From assembly GCA_945890715.1 (NCBI GenBank), contig CAMDCX010000005.1, forward strand, positions 2,478-66,477: DNA of 64,000 nucleotides, read 5' to 3'. Origin of the DNA: PVC group bacterium (GTDB taxonomy: Bacteria > Verrucomicrobiota > Kiritimatiellia > CAIKKV01 > CAITUY01). The notes beneath the pieces were generated by a model, which was not told the DNA's origin, did no database searches, and saw nothing but the letters and a program-made list of their open reading frames with translations. Shown here piece by piece: positions 15,951-24,598 of the stretch (the stretch's first letter is position 1; each line of letters starts with the position of its first letter). Made by a program: the position numbers and the translations under genes.

Positions 15951-17005
15951 ATACACTAGAACAGACCCTGAAGCGCATTCACCCCGTGGATGTGTCGTTG
16001 AAGCCCGCTATCCAGGCGCATCTGGACGACCTCACCAAACCCCAGGGAAGCCTGGGACGGCTGGAGGATATTGCCCTGCGCTACTGCCTCGCCACGGGAA
16101 CTGCGACGCCGCACCTGGGGAAAGCCCGCATCTGCTGTTTTGCCGGTGACCACGGAGTGTCCGTTGAGGGGGTGTCCGCCTTTCCCCGCGAGGTCACCCC
16201 GCAAATGGTTTACAACATGCTGGCGGGCGGGGCGGCCATCAATGTGTTTGCCCGGCATGCCGGTGCGGAATTGAAAGTCGTGGACATGGGCGTGGATGCC
16301 GATTTTGCGAATGCCCCCGGCTTGGTTCACCGCAAAGTTGCCCGTGGCACCGCTAATTTGGCTGTGGGCCCCGCGATGACTGTGGCGCAGGCCACACAGG
16401 CGCTTGAAACGGGGATTGCCCTCGCCGACGAAGCGGCGGGTGAGGGGGTCACTCTGCTTGGAACAGGAGAGATGGGCATCGCCAATACCACTCCTGCCAC
16501 AGCGCTTTTTGCCGCCTATCTAGGCCTCAAACCGTCGGACATTACCGGTCGCGGAACGGGCGTGAGTGAGGGGGGGCTTCAGCACAAGATTGCCGTGATT
16601 GAGCGCGGGTTGACCGCCAATCAGGCGGCTTTGGGCGATCCGCTCGCGACGCTGGCGGCGCTTGGCGGTTTCGAGATTGCCGGTATCGCCGGGTTGGTTC
16701 TCGGGGGCGCCGCCCGGCGCATCCCGGTTGTCGTGGATGGATTTATCTCCACTGCAGGAGCTCTGGCCGCCCTTCGGCTTCAGCCTGCCGTGGCGGATTA
16801 TATTTTCTTCAGCCATCTTTCGGATGAGCGCGGACACCGGTTCGTCATGAAGGCTCTCGACTTGAATCCGCTACTTGATTTGAATATGCGACTCGGCGAG
16901 GGGACGGGTGGCGCGCTGGCCATGACCCTGATTGCCGCCGCCGTTAAGATGGTCAATGAGATGGCGACCTTCAGCGGGGCGCACGTGAGCCGGAAGGAAG
17001 GCTGA
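15947..17005 (+). CDS. cobT: Nicotinate-nucleotide--dimethylbenzimidazole phosphoribosyltransferase
   Basis: 352 aa containing ...[18 protein letters not shown]..., GDHGV and [11 protein letters not shown], the hallmark CobT motifs. Confidence 0.9.
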   Translation: MNTLEQTLKRIHPVDVSLKPAIQAHLDDLTKPQGSLGRLEDIALRYCLATGTATPHLGKARICCFAGDHGVSVEGVSAFPREVTPQMVYNMLAGGAAINVFARHAGAELKVVDMGVDADFANAPGLVHRKVARGTANLAVGPAMTVAQATQALETGIALADEAAGEGVTLLGTGEMGIANTTPATALFAAYLGLKPSDITGRGTGVSEGGLQHKIAVIERGLTANQAALGDPLATLAALGGFEIAGIAGLVLGGAARRIPVVVDGFISTAGALAALRLQPAVADYIFFSHLSDERGHRFVMKALDLNPLLDLNMRLGEGTGGALAMTLIAAAVKMVNEMATFSGAHVSRKEG

Positions 17006-17098
17006 GCGCAGCAGGGATATCCAAATAATTGTCTGTATTATTCAAGATATTCCTTTGTATAAAAGACAGGATATCTGCAGATAAACAAAGGAGATGGC

Positions 17099-18118
17099 AT
17101 GAAGACATTGATCGTGGTGGGAGAGAACATTCACTGTACGCGTGTATACAAGGTGGGCGGAAATTTTGTTAAGCCTCACGGTGATGGCCATGCCATTGTC
17201 TATGGAGGCAAAGCCGGATCCCGGTTTCTTCCTATTCCCGGGCGTTTCCTCGAAACGGCCGACTGGGCGGCAGGCAAGGTCAAGCATTGCGCCGTGGCCG
17301 TGTGGCAGGGTCTTTATGGCGATGCGGCAGGCAAGGCAGCTGCGGTGGATTACCTGAGCCATCTCGCGGCGCGCCAGGAGGCGACCGATGCGTCGTTCCT
17401 GGATGTGAATGTGGATGAGTTCAGTACCGATGTGGCCGAGCGCTGCCGGGCAATCAAGTGGGTGGCGGACGTGGTCCAGGCGGCCAGCAAACTTCCCCTG
17501 AGTATTGATTCGTCGAATGAGGCCATTCTCCGGGCCGGGCTGGAAGTTTGCGATCCTAAGCGTGCCCGTCCGATGGTTAATTCCGTGTCGCTAGAACGTC
17601 AATCCTCAATCCGGGTTGCTGCGGAATTCAAGGCGGTGGTCATTGCCTCGGCGGCGGGCGAGAAGGATCTGCCCTGCGATACCGCGCAGCGCCTGGCGAA
17701 CATCAATCGCCTGATGCCGATGCTGGCTGCCGTGGGAATCAAGGGGTGCAGCGTTTATGTGGATCCTTTGGTCTTTCCCGTGGCCACGGATTCCAATAAT
17801 GCCCAGTCCTTCATTGAGGCCGTGGAGGCGATCCGGAAGACCTATGGTCCTGAAATCCATATCAGCGGCGGACTCAGCAACGTCTCGTTTGGCATGCCTG
17901 CCCGCAAGTTGATCAACCAGGTCTTTACCTGGATGGTTGTGGAGGCCGGAGGCGACAGCGGCATCCTGGATCCGTTGCAGATGAATGCCAAAATTTTGGC
18001 CGCCGTGGATACCACGACCGAGCCTTTCAAGTTGGCCAAGGGCTTGCTGACCGGCGAGGATCTGTTTGGCGCGGACTTCATTACCGCCCATCGTGAGGGA
18101 AAACTGGGCGGGGAATAA
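17099..18118 (+). CDS. Pterin-binding (DHPS-like) methyltetrahydrofolate:corrinoid methyltransferase-family protein
   Basis: 339 aa containing GENIHCT, LDVNVDE, LSIDSSN, VNSVSLE, VDPLVFP and GGLSNVSFG, the order and type of motifs seen in MetH pterin-binding/AcsE-like TIM barrels. Confidence 0.75.
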   Translation: MKTLIVVGENIHCTRVYKVGGNFVKPHGDGHAIVYGGKAGSRFLPIPGRFLETADWAAGKVKHCAVAVWQGLYGDAAGKAAAVDYLSHLAARQEATDASFLDVNVDEFSTDVAERCRAIKWVADVVQAASKLPLSIDSSNEAILRAGLEVCDPKRARPMVNSVSLERQSSIRVAAEFKAVVIASAAGEKDLPCDTAQRLANINRLMPMLAAVGIKGCSVYVDPLVFPVATDSNNAQSFIEAVEAIRKTYGPEIHISGGLSNVSFGMPARKLINQVFTWMVVEAGGDSGILDPLQMNAKILAAVDTTTEPFKLAKGLLTGEDLFGADFITAHREGKLGGE

Positions 18119-18119
18119 C

Positions 18120-18479
18120 TCAGGCCTCTTTATGCGGCAAGCGGGCGATGGCGGCGAGGATCAGGGCGTACTGAAAGGTGAATCCGATCACAAACGCCAC
18201 GGCGCCGATGATGGTGCCGTGGGGGCCAAACTGGTTGATGAGCGGGTGGAACAGAAATAGGTTCATCCACCACCCGTTGCAGAATCCTTCAGGTACCCCC
18301 GCATAGCGGAGCAGGCTGGGAACAATGGCCCAAACTCCCAGGCTCCATGACACGACAAGCCAGCGCAGGACGGTGGGAGCAACGTCCTTGCCTTGTGTCC
18401 ACGCCTGCTTGAGACGGGGCGCTTGAACTGCCATACCCGCTGTTAGGCCGATTGCAAAATGAAGTGCCGCGTGTGCCAT
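18120..18479 (-). CDS. Small 3-TM membrane protein (paralog B)
   Basis: The start was re-set to MAHAALHFAIG... (ATG at 18479), overlapping the upstream stop as TGATG. It is a paralog of the upstream gene (shared WA[VI]VP....N.FL.H pattern). Confidence 0.5.
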   Translation of the reverse strand: MAHAALHFAIGLTAGMAVQAPRLKQAWTQGKDVAPTVLRWLVVSWSLGVWAIVPSLLRYAGVPEGFCNGWWMNLFLFHPLINQFGPHGTIIGAVAFVIGFTFQYALILAAIARLPHKEA

Positions 18480-18820
18480 CAGGATTTTTCCTCCCTGAAA
18501 AGTTCCCGGAGCGCCACCCCCATCAGGGTTGCCGCCTCGAGGGCGATCCCCACGGCATACCACGATGACTCCGTCTCGATCTGATCCAGGGTGTAGTGCC
18601 ATAGAAAAATGTTGATCCGGGGGTCGGCCGCAAGCCGACTGTAGAGATCCTGATATCCCAGCATGCGCGGGATGTCCGGAACCACAGCCCAGGTTCCCGC
18701 GAAAGCCATGGCGAGGGGAATCAGGATCAGCATGAGAAGGGGCGCACGCCCTTTCCCGAGGAGATAAAGGAGAACTCCGGTCACGAAGGGAATGGAGGCT
18801 CCATAGAGGAAGTGGTTCAT
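18479..18820 (-). CDS. Small 3-TM membrane protein (paralog A)
   Basis: 113 aa, MNHFLYGASIP...GTWAVVPDIPRML...INIFLWHYTLDQ.... Its start codon abuts the stop of the O-antigen-ligase-like gene. Confidence 0.55.
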   Translation of the reverse strand: MNHFLYGASIPFVTGVLLYLLGKGRAPLLMLILIPLAMAFAGTWAVVPDIPRMLGYQDLYSRLAADPRINIFLWHYTLDQIETESSWYAVGIALEAATLMGVALRELFREEKS

Positions 18821-20584
18821 TCAGTTCTTTCCCGGGAGTGGAGGTGGAGTCATCCAGGCGCGCAGGGCTTTTGCCCGCTGAAACGCCTCGGCAGCGCGAG
18901 TGTTATCCCCCAGGGAGAGGCGGACCTGTCCCAATTCAAACCAGAGCCGGTAATTCTGGGGATCGAGTTGGGCGGCATGGGTTATAAGCGTCTCCCCTTG
19001 CGTACAGAGGGCGCGGGCTTCCCGGTTTACGCCTTCCTTGAACAGGGTGCGGCCCAGATACAGCCAGGCCGATGAGGTTGGCGCCCAGACCAGCGCTTGG
19101 TTCAGATCCCTGTATTGTGCGGTGTAAAGATAGGCCGGATTATCCAGATCCCGCAGTCGGTGCGGTTGATTCACGCCTATTACCAAAGAGCCGATCAGTC
19201 CCATGATTGCCGGCAGCCTCCAAACCAAGCGCTTCAGAACAGGGTAGGGAGGGCTCTCCGAGCCCTCCGCAGAATGCGTGGACGGGAGGAGGAGCCCAAC
19301 CAGCGAGCCAAGCACCAGGGCATAAAGGGGCAAATGGGCCGGAAAATCAAACAGGCAGTGAATGCCGGTGACGGTCAGGGCGCCGGTGACGGCAATGCTG
19401 ATGACGCCGGTCGGGGCCCCGGTGTCGCGGATCCGGCGACGTATGGCCCAGATCAGGGCGAGGAGCAGGCCCGCGCCAACGAGTCCGCCCTCCGCGAGAA
19501 GTTGGATATACTCGTTTTCGGAAGCGATCAACCGGGCGCTCACGCTGGTCTGTCGCGTCTGGGGATACACCATGCGCAGGCCATTCATGCCGGCGCCGAG
19601 TAGGGGATAGCAGGGCCAGACCCGGAGTGATTCCCGCCATTCGGCGACGCGGCTCTGAACGCTACTGATTTCGCCGGGATTATGAATTCCCTGGAGCCTT
19701 TCCCGAACGGCGGGAGAGTGGATGAGGAGGGCCGTTCCCCCGGCCAGCATAAGGCCGAGTAGCAGGATTCCCCATACGGCACGATGACGGAAAGCGATGA
19801 CCAGGGCGGTGACCGACAGCCCAACGCCCATAGCCAGCATGGCTCCGCGTGAGAGCGAGTAGAAAACCACCGCCATCATGATGCCGGTCAGAGTGAGCGA
19901 GAGAAGCGCGGTCAACCCGCGGCGGCGGTCAAGGGCATGCGCGGTCAGGGCGAGGGCGACGGGGCTCAGCATCGCCACAAACCCCCCGAAATGATTGCGA
20001 TTCAGAAAACACCCGACCGGTGATTTCGCGGCGTCGGGAAGAGAAATAAACCACCAGATGGTGTCGCCCTGCGGGATGATCCACTGGCCAAGACAGCCTG
20101 CGATTCCAATGACGGTGCCGGTCAGAGCCAGGAAATAAAGAAACCTTGTTTTCCAGGCCGGGGGCAACGAGGCGGCAAGCAGGGCGGCCCCGAATGCCGC
20201 CGCCAGTAACAGGAAGAAGCGCAGGGTTCCAGCGCGGTTGCGAGTGAGGGAAAACCAGGGCTCGCTTTCCGGAACGGGAATTCCGATCTGTCCCGATTCA
20301 TGAAAGGACTTGAGTACGGCCTGATTTTGTCCGTGACGCAGGGAGCCGGCGAGCGGATCCAAGGCGGGGGGAATGGGTAGGGCGGTAAAAAGGACGAAGA
20401 GCAGGATGGCCGCGAGGATTAGTTCAAGCCAAGGCCGGGAAGGTCGGCTCACGGTCGTGATGCAGGCCAAGGCGCAGAGAGCCAGAGCGACGACCATGAC
20501 GGTGATGGGGAAAAGACCGCCGCCCGCCACGGCAAGAAAGAGAATTGAAATCGCCAATACAACAAATGTCGTTGCCGCGATCAT
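18821..20584 (-). CDS. O-antigen ligase/polymerase-family membrane protein with C-terminal TPR region
   Basis: 587 aa with about 10-12 hydrophobic segments and a Wzy_C-like loop (...FLNRNHFGGFVAMLSP...). The C-terminal soluble TPR-like repeat is ...LYLGRTLFKEGVNREARAL...RLWFELGQVRLSLGDNTRAAEAFQRA. Confidence 0.75.
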   Translation of the reverse strand: MIAATTFVVLAISILFLAVAGGGLFPITVMVVALALCALACITTVSRPSRPWLELILAAILLFVLFTALPIPPALDPLAGSLRHGQNQAVLKSFHESGQIGIPVPESEPWFSLTRNRAGTLRFFLLLAAAFGAALLAASLPPAWKTRFLYFLALTGTVIGIAGCLGQWIIPQGDTIWWFISLPDAAKSPVGCFLNRNHFGGFVAMLSPVALALTAHALDRRRGLTALLSLTLTGIMMAVVFYSLSRGAMLAMGVGLSVTALVIAFRHRAVWGILLLGLMLAGGTALLIHSPAVRERLQGIHNPGEISSVQSRVAEWRESLRVWPCYPLLGAGMNGLRMVYPQTRQTSVSARLIASENEYIQLLAEGGLVGAGLLLALIWAIRRRIRDTGAPTGVISIAVTGALTVTGIHCLFDFPAHLPLYALVLGSLVGLLLPSTHSAEGSESPPYPVLKRLVWRLPAIMGLIGSLVIGVNQPHRLRDLDNPAYLYTAQYRDLNQALVWAPTSSAWLYLGRTLFKEGVNREARALCTQGETLITHAAQLDPQNYRLWFELGQVRLSLGDNTRAAEAFQRAKALRAWMTPPPLPGKN

Positions 20585-20599
20585 GATAAAATTCCAGCC

Positions 20600-21610
20600 C
20601 TAGGGTTCATCCTCTTCGCTTTCGGCAGGCTTGTTTCCGGAGCGGTGAAAGAGGAACAGGATGCCGCCCGGAAGCCCCCAGATTACGAGGAATAGGAAGG
20701 GAATAAAAGCCAGGAGGAACGCTTTCTCGTCGGGGACACCCAGAACCGACCAGAGCTTGATGGATGCGCCTTCCCGGATGCCGATGCCCCCGGGTGTGAT
20801 CGGGATGGCACTAATTAATCCCACCAATGGGGAAAGAGAAAGATAAGCCAGAAGGGGCAGGTCGAGTCCCAGTGCCTTGCCCACCAGCGCGCCTGCCCCG
20901 ACAAATAGGAGCTGGATGGTGAGGGAGTAAAGGGCAAGGCTGATCAGCAGGCGCGGATTTTTCCGGCAGACATAGAAGGCATTGTAGGCCCGCTCAAGAG
21001 TATCCATGATTTTCCCGATCATCGCGATGTGATTCCATCGTTTCAGCCAGGGGAAAACCTCAAAGAGATGGACGCTGAACGCCACCACGCTACCGATCAC
21101 GAGGATGCCGCAGGCGATGAGTGCCGGCCAGGCAAAGACACGCGTGGTGGGATGGGTCATGAAGAAATCCCAGCGGACGAGAATAACCATTCCCACCAGA
21201 AGTGCCATGACGAGCAGACCGATGACCCGGTCGATGAAGATGGTGGTCACGGCCTCGGTTTTTTTGTGGTGGGTTTCCCGGGCCGTGTAATAGGCCTTCA
21301 TAAGGTCGCCGCCGGTAGGGCCGATCATGAAGGAGTTGAAAAACAAGCCGATGAAGAAAATGGTGTTCACCCGAATCCAGCCCAGTTTCATGTCCTGCGC
21401 GTCGAGGATTTGTTTCCATCTTGCCATGCAGGCCAGGATGGCCGCTAAACACAGGATCAGTCCGGCCAGGAGCCAGGGCCATTCCCGGACGGTGGCGGTG
21501 AGTGTCGCGCCGAGTTGCGCCAGACCCATTTTGTTTAATAGATACCCCAACACGGCAACGGCAATTCCCAGCTTCAACAGAATGCCCATGATGTGCCGGA
21601 AGGATTTCAT
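20600..21610 (-). CDS. UPF0104 / lysylphosphatidylglycerol-synthase-TM-region (flippase-like) membrane protein
   Basis: 336 aa, polytopic, containing ...PTGGDLMKAYY... and ...ITPGGIGIREG..., motifs characteristic of the UPF0104 family. Confidence 0.7.
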   Translation of the reverse strand: MKSFRHIMGILLKLGIAVAVLGYLLNKMGLAQLGATLTATVREWPWLLAGLILCLAAILACMARWKQILDAQDMKLGWIRVNTIFFIGLFFNSFMIGPTGGDLMKAYYTARETHHKKTEAVTTIFIDRVIGLLVMALLVGMVILVRWDFFMTHPTTRVFAWPALIACGILVIGSVVAFSVHLFEVFPWLKRWNHIAMIGKIMDTLERAYNAFYVCRKNPRLLISLALYSLTIQLLFVGAGALVGKALGLDLPLLAYLSLSPLVGLISAIPITPGGIGIREGASIKLWSVLGVPDEKAFLLAFIPFLFLVIWGLPGGILFLFHRSGNKPAESEEDEP

Positions 21611-22515
21611 GAGTCCTCTAAAATATCACGAAGCGTCTGGTCAATCGCGATTTGGGGCGCCCAGCCGGTGTCCTCCCGGAGGCGTTTGAAATTGAGACCC
21701 GGATTGTGATCGAGGGGACGATACAGGGCGGGATTCCGGACGAGTTCGGGCTTGATTCCCGCCAATTCACAGAGACGATTCAGGAGATCGCCCATTCGCA
21801 TCGCATGGCCGGACGTGATGTTGTAGGCTTTGCCGGGACATCCCTTTTCCAGCAGGAGCCGATAGGCCCGGGCCACATCCCGGACATCGGTGAAGTCCCG
21901 GTGGTTATCCAGGTTCCCGACTTTCATGAGGGCGGGGGCTCCTTTGCGAATCGCTTGGATCTGGCGGACGAAAGACGGAATGGCGAACTGGGGCGACTGG
22001 CCGGGGCCGATATGATTATTGGGGCGGGCCACCATGATGGCGAGGCCGTATTCTTTGGCATAGAGGAGCGCCAATTGATCGGCGGCCGCTTTGGAGACGG
22101 CATAGATGGTCCCGGGATTCAGGGGTTCATCTTCGTTGATCAGGGCGGTGCGTTCTGTCATACCGTAGACTTGGGCGCTTGAAATGCAGAGAATGCGCGC
22201 GGTGGAGCGGATGTTTCTAAACGCATCCAGAAGATTCACGGTTCCCATGAGGTTGACATCGAGGACGGTCCGGGGGTTGCCATTGCCCACAAACGACCAG
22301 CCAGCCAGGTGGAGGCAGGCGTCGGGCGCGAGATTGGCCACGATTCCGGCCACGGCATCGGCATCCGTGATGTTGGCGGAAATGAAATGATGGGGGGCCA
22401 ACTGGGCGGGAGCGGCACCGACATCCATCCCCACGGCCTCATGTCCGGCCGCGGCCAATTCGTTTAGGACATGTTTTCCCACAAACCCGCAGGCTCCGGT
22501 AACCAGTATTTTCAT
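21607..22515 (-). CDS. NAD-dependent sugar-nucleotide epimerase/dehydratase (SDR)
   Basis: MKILVTGACGFVGKHV (GxxGxxG) and the YAVSKAA catalytic YxxxK. The ATG at 22515 overlaps the upstream stop (ATGA). Confidence 0.85.
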   Translation of the reverse strand: MKILVTGACGFVGKHVLNELAAAGHEAVGMDVGAAPAQLAPHHFISANITDADAVAGIVANLAPDACLHLAGWSFVGNGNPRTVLDVNLMGTVNLLDAFRNIRSTARILCISSAQVYGMTERTALINEDEPLNPGTIYAVSKAAADQLALLYAKEYGLAIMVARPNNHIGPGQSPQFAIPSFVRQIQAIRKGAPALMKVGNLDNHRDFTDVRDVARAYRLLLEKGCPGKAYNITSGHAMRMGDLLNRLCELAGIKPELVRNPALYRPLDHNPGLNFKRLREDTGWAPQIAIDQTLRDILEDS

Positions 22516-23423
22516 GACTCCCACGCCTCCCTGATGAGTTTCAGTCCTGCCTGGATTTCCTCGCCCGTGACCGAATGGCTGGGTTCCAGCACCCGGATAA
22601 TATCACCCCGGGCGGTTTCGCGGAACAACTCAAATTTGAGGGTTCCGCCGGGCGGCATGAAGTGATCCCCGGCAGGCGGGCGGACATCATGGATATGCAT
22701 TCCGGCGATCCAGGGTTGCAGGCGTTTAACCCAGCGGGCATGGCTGGTGAGCCCGAGATTTTCCCGGATTTGGCCGTGTCCGAGATCATGCCAGACGCGA
22801 AGCCAGGGGGAATTAAAATGCAGCATCAACCGCTCGATCTCCACCTCGGTTGGAATCGCCTCCCAGGTGGGGAGCAGTTCGAAGGCCAGGATGCGTTGCG
22901 TGCTCTCCAGGAGGGGGAGAAGCCGCTCGACCCCTGCGTAGAGGAGGGGAAGCTGGGTGGAGATTGCCTTTTCGCGGGCCAGCAGGAGTTTCATCCGCGA
23001 TTTCTCGTACTCTTCGTTGTATTGTCGTCCGGTGGCCGTCAACTCGATGAGATGCGGGGTAATGGGTTTCATCTCAACGTTTCCGGCGTGGGCGACGACG
23101 ACGCGGGCATTGACTTCAGCGGCGAAGCGGATTGTATTTTCGAGATAATGCAGGGCATTGGCCCGGGTGGTGGGATCCGTGGCGCACAGGGTGAAGGGTT
23201 CCGGCGAGGGGTACGGCACGGGGGGGAGCGGGCAGTAGGCGTGAAGGCTGTCGGCTTTGATCCGGCCCGCCTGGATCATGGCGCATACGCCGGGAACGAG
23301 ATTGGCGGTGAGGTCGAACCCCAGTTCGACATGATCGAACCCGAGCTCGAGGATTTCCTCGAGCATGGATTCGCCGGTTTCGTGCCGACGCGCATTCCAG
23401 CGGGTTGTTAAGCTGAAGATCAT
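22512..23423 (-). CDS. Sugar phosphate isomerase/epimerase (xylose-isomerase-like TIM barrel)
   Basis: 303 aa containing ...GFDHVELGFDL..., ...VVVAHAGN... and ...LAFELLP.... This is a general AP_endonuc_2-type pattern, assigned by recollection of the family rather than by search. Confidence 0.65.
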   Translation of the reverse strand: MIFSLTTRWNARRHETGESMLEEILELGFDHVELGFDLTANLVPGVCAMIQAGRIKADSLHAYCPLPPVPYPSPEPFTLCATDPTTRANALHYLENTIRFAAEVNARVVVAHAGNVEMKPITPHLIELTATGRQYNEEYEKSRMKLLLAREKAISTQLPLLYAGVERLLPLLESTQRILAFELLPTWEAIPTEVEIERLMLHFNSPWLRVWHDLGHGQIRENLGLTSHARWVKRLQPWIAGMHIHDVRPPAGDHFMPPGGTLKFELFRETARGDIIRVLEPSHSVTGEEIQAGLKLIREAWES

Positions 23424-23434
23424 CGTAAAAAAAG

Positions 23435-23466
23435 AAAGCTCCCTGACTGGATGTCCAGGGAGCTTT
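23435..23466 (-). terminator. Rho-independent terminator of rpsU
   Basis: The minus strand reads AAAGCTCCCTGgacatccagtCAGGGAGCTTT followed by CTTTTTTTAC. The T-tract runs into the ATG (23423) of the next gene. Confidence 0.7.
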
Positions 23467-23485
23467 CAGAGATTCAACGGGTGAA

Positions 23486-23668
23486 TCAAATATTGTACGC
23501 CGCGCGAGCGCGGGCACGGGCTGCCTTGCGGCGGCGTTGCTCACTGGGTTTTTCGAAGTAACGATGGGCACGGATCTCTTTCATGATCCCTTCCTTGTCC
23601 ATGATCTTCTTCAGGCGTCTCATCGCCTTGTCAACCGTTTCGCCGCGTCTGATTTTAACTTGTGCCAC
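23486..23668 (-). CDS. rpsU: 30S ribosomal protein S21
   Basis: 60 aa, MAQVKIRRGETVDKAMRRLKKIMDKEGIMKEIRAHRYFEKPSEQRRRK.... Confidence 0.9.
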   Translation of the reverse strand: MAQVKIRRGETVDKAMRRLKKIMDKEGIMKEIRAHRYFEKPSEQRRRKAARARARAAYNI

Positions 23669-23880
23669 GTGTAAATGTCACCTTCCCTTCGTGATCCGGA
23701 GCCGCGTTAGCGGGTCCTAGGACCAAACAGGTGCAAAGATATAAGGGAGAACCGCTTGCAATTCAAGAAAAAGATCAGCAATTCTTGTTAGGCGCGTGCT
23801 TTTACAAAAAAGGTGGCGTCAGCGGTGTCTTCCTGACATAATCCGTGCCCAATTCATCCTGTCCCACGACACGGAGTTTT

Positions 23881-24588
23881 ATGGATTACGCACAACACAC
23901 AGCGAATGGGGAGATTATTATTCTCCCATCATTATTGGCGGCGGATTTTGGCTATCTGGCGGATGGGGTTCGTCATGCCGACAATGCCGGGGCTGATGGG
24001 ATCCATCTTGACATCATGGACGCGCATTTTGTTCCGAATCTGAGCATGGGGCCGGATGTCGTTACCATGGCCAACAAGACCACGGACATTCCGCTCAGCG
24101 TCCACCTCATGATGTCGAAGCCAGCCACCTATCTGGAGCGCTTCATCAAGGCGGGATCGGATATCCTTCTGATCCACATCGAGAGTGAAGGCGATATTCG
24201 CGGCATGCTGCAGACGATTCGCCAACTGGGCGCGCGGCCCGGCATCACGCTGAATCCCGACACTCCGGCCGAAGCAGTCTATGAGGTTCTGGCGGATGTG
24301 GATGAAGTGCTTTGCATGACGGTTCATCCGGGGTATGGCGGGCAATCGTTCATTGAAAGTGTTCTGCCCAAAATCCGGAAACTACGATCCCGGATCAAAA
24401 CCCTGGGTCTGGATGTGGATATCAATGTGGATGGAGGGATCGACCTCAAAACCATTGGGGCCGCCGCCGCTGCCGGAGCCAATGTTTTTGTGGCGGGAAC
24501 CTCGCTCTACCGCGCCGCCAACATGCAGGAAAGTGTTGCCGCCATGCGCGCCATTGCGGCGCAACAGTATGACTCGATGAAGGATTGA
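23881..24588 (+). CDS. rpe: Ribulose-phosphate 3-epimerase
   Basis: The start was re-set to the ATG at 23881 (MDYAQ...). Contains ...ILPSLLAADFGYL...IHLDIMDAHFVPNLSMG...HLM...VHPGYGGQSF...VDGGI.... Confidence 0.9.
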   Translation: MDYAQHTANGEIIILPSLLAADFGYLADGVRHADNAGADGIHLDIMDAHFVPNLSMGPDVVTMANKTTDIPLSVHLMMSKPATYLERFIKAGSDILLIHIESEGDIRGMLQTIRQLGARPGITLNPDTPAEAVYEVLADVDEVLCMTVHPGYGGQSFIESVLPKIRKLRSRIKTLGLDVDINVDGGIDLKTIGAAAAAGANVFVAGTSLYRAANMQESVAAMRAIAAQQYDSMKD

Positions 24589-24598
24589 AAAAGTAACG

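Noticed and set aside
17006-17098. A cobalamin riboswitch might lie upstream of the pterin-binding methyltransferase or of the OMT-cobT pair.
   Set aside because: The intergenic regions are under 100 nt. I found no B12-box-like GCCACTG core or the extended conserved helices. This cannot be formally excluded without a covariance-model scan (Rfam RF00174).
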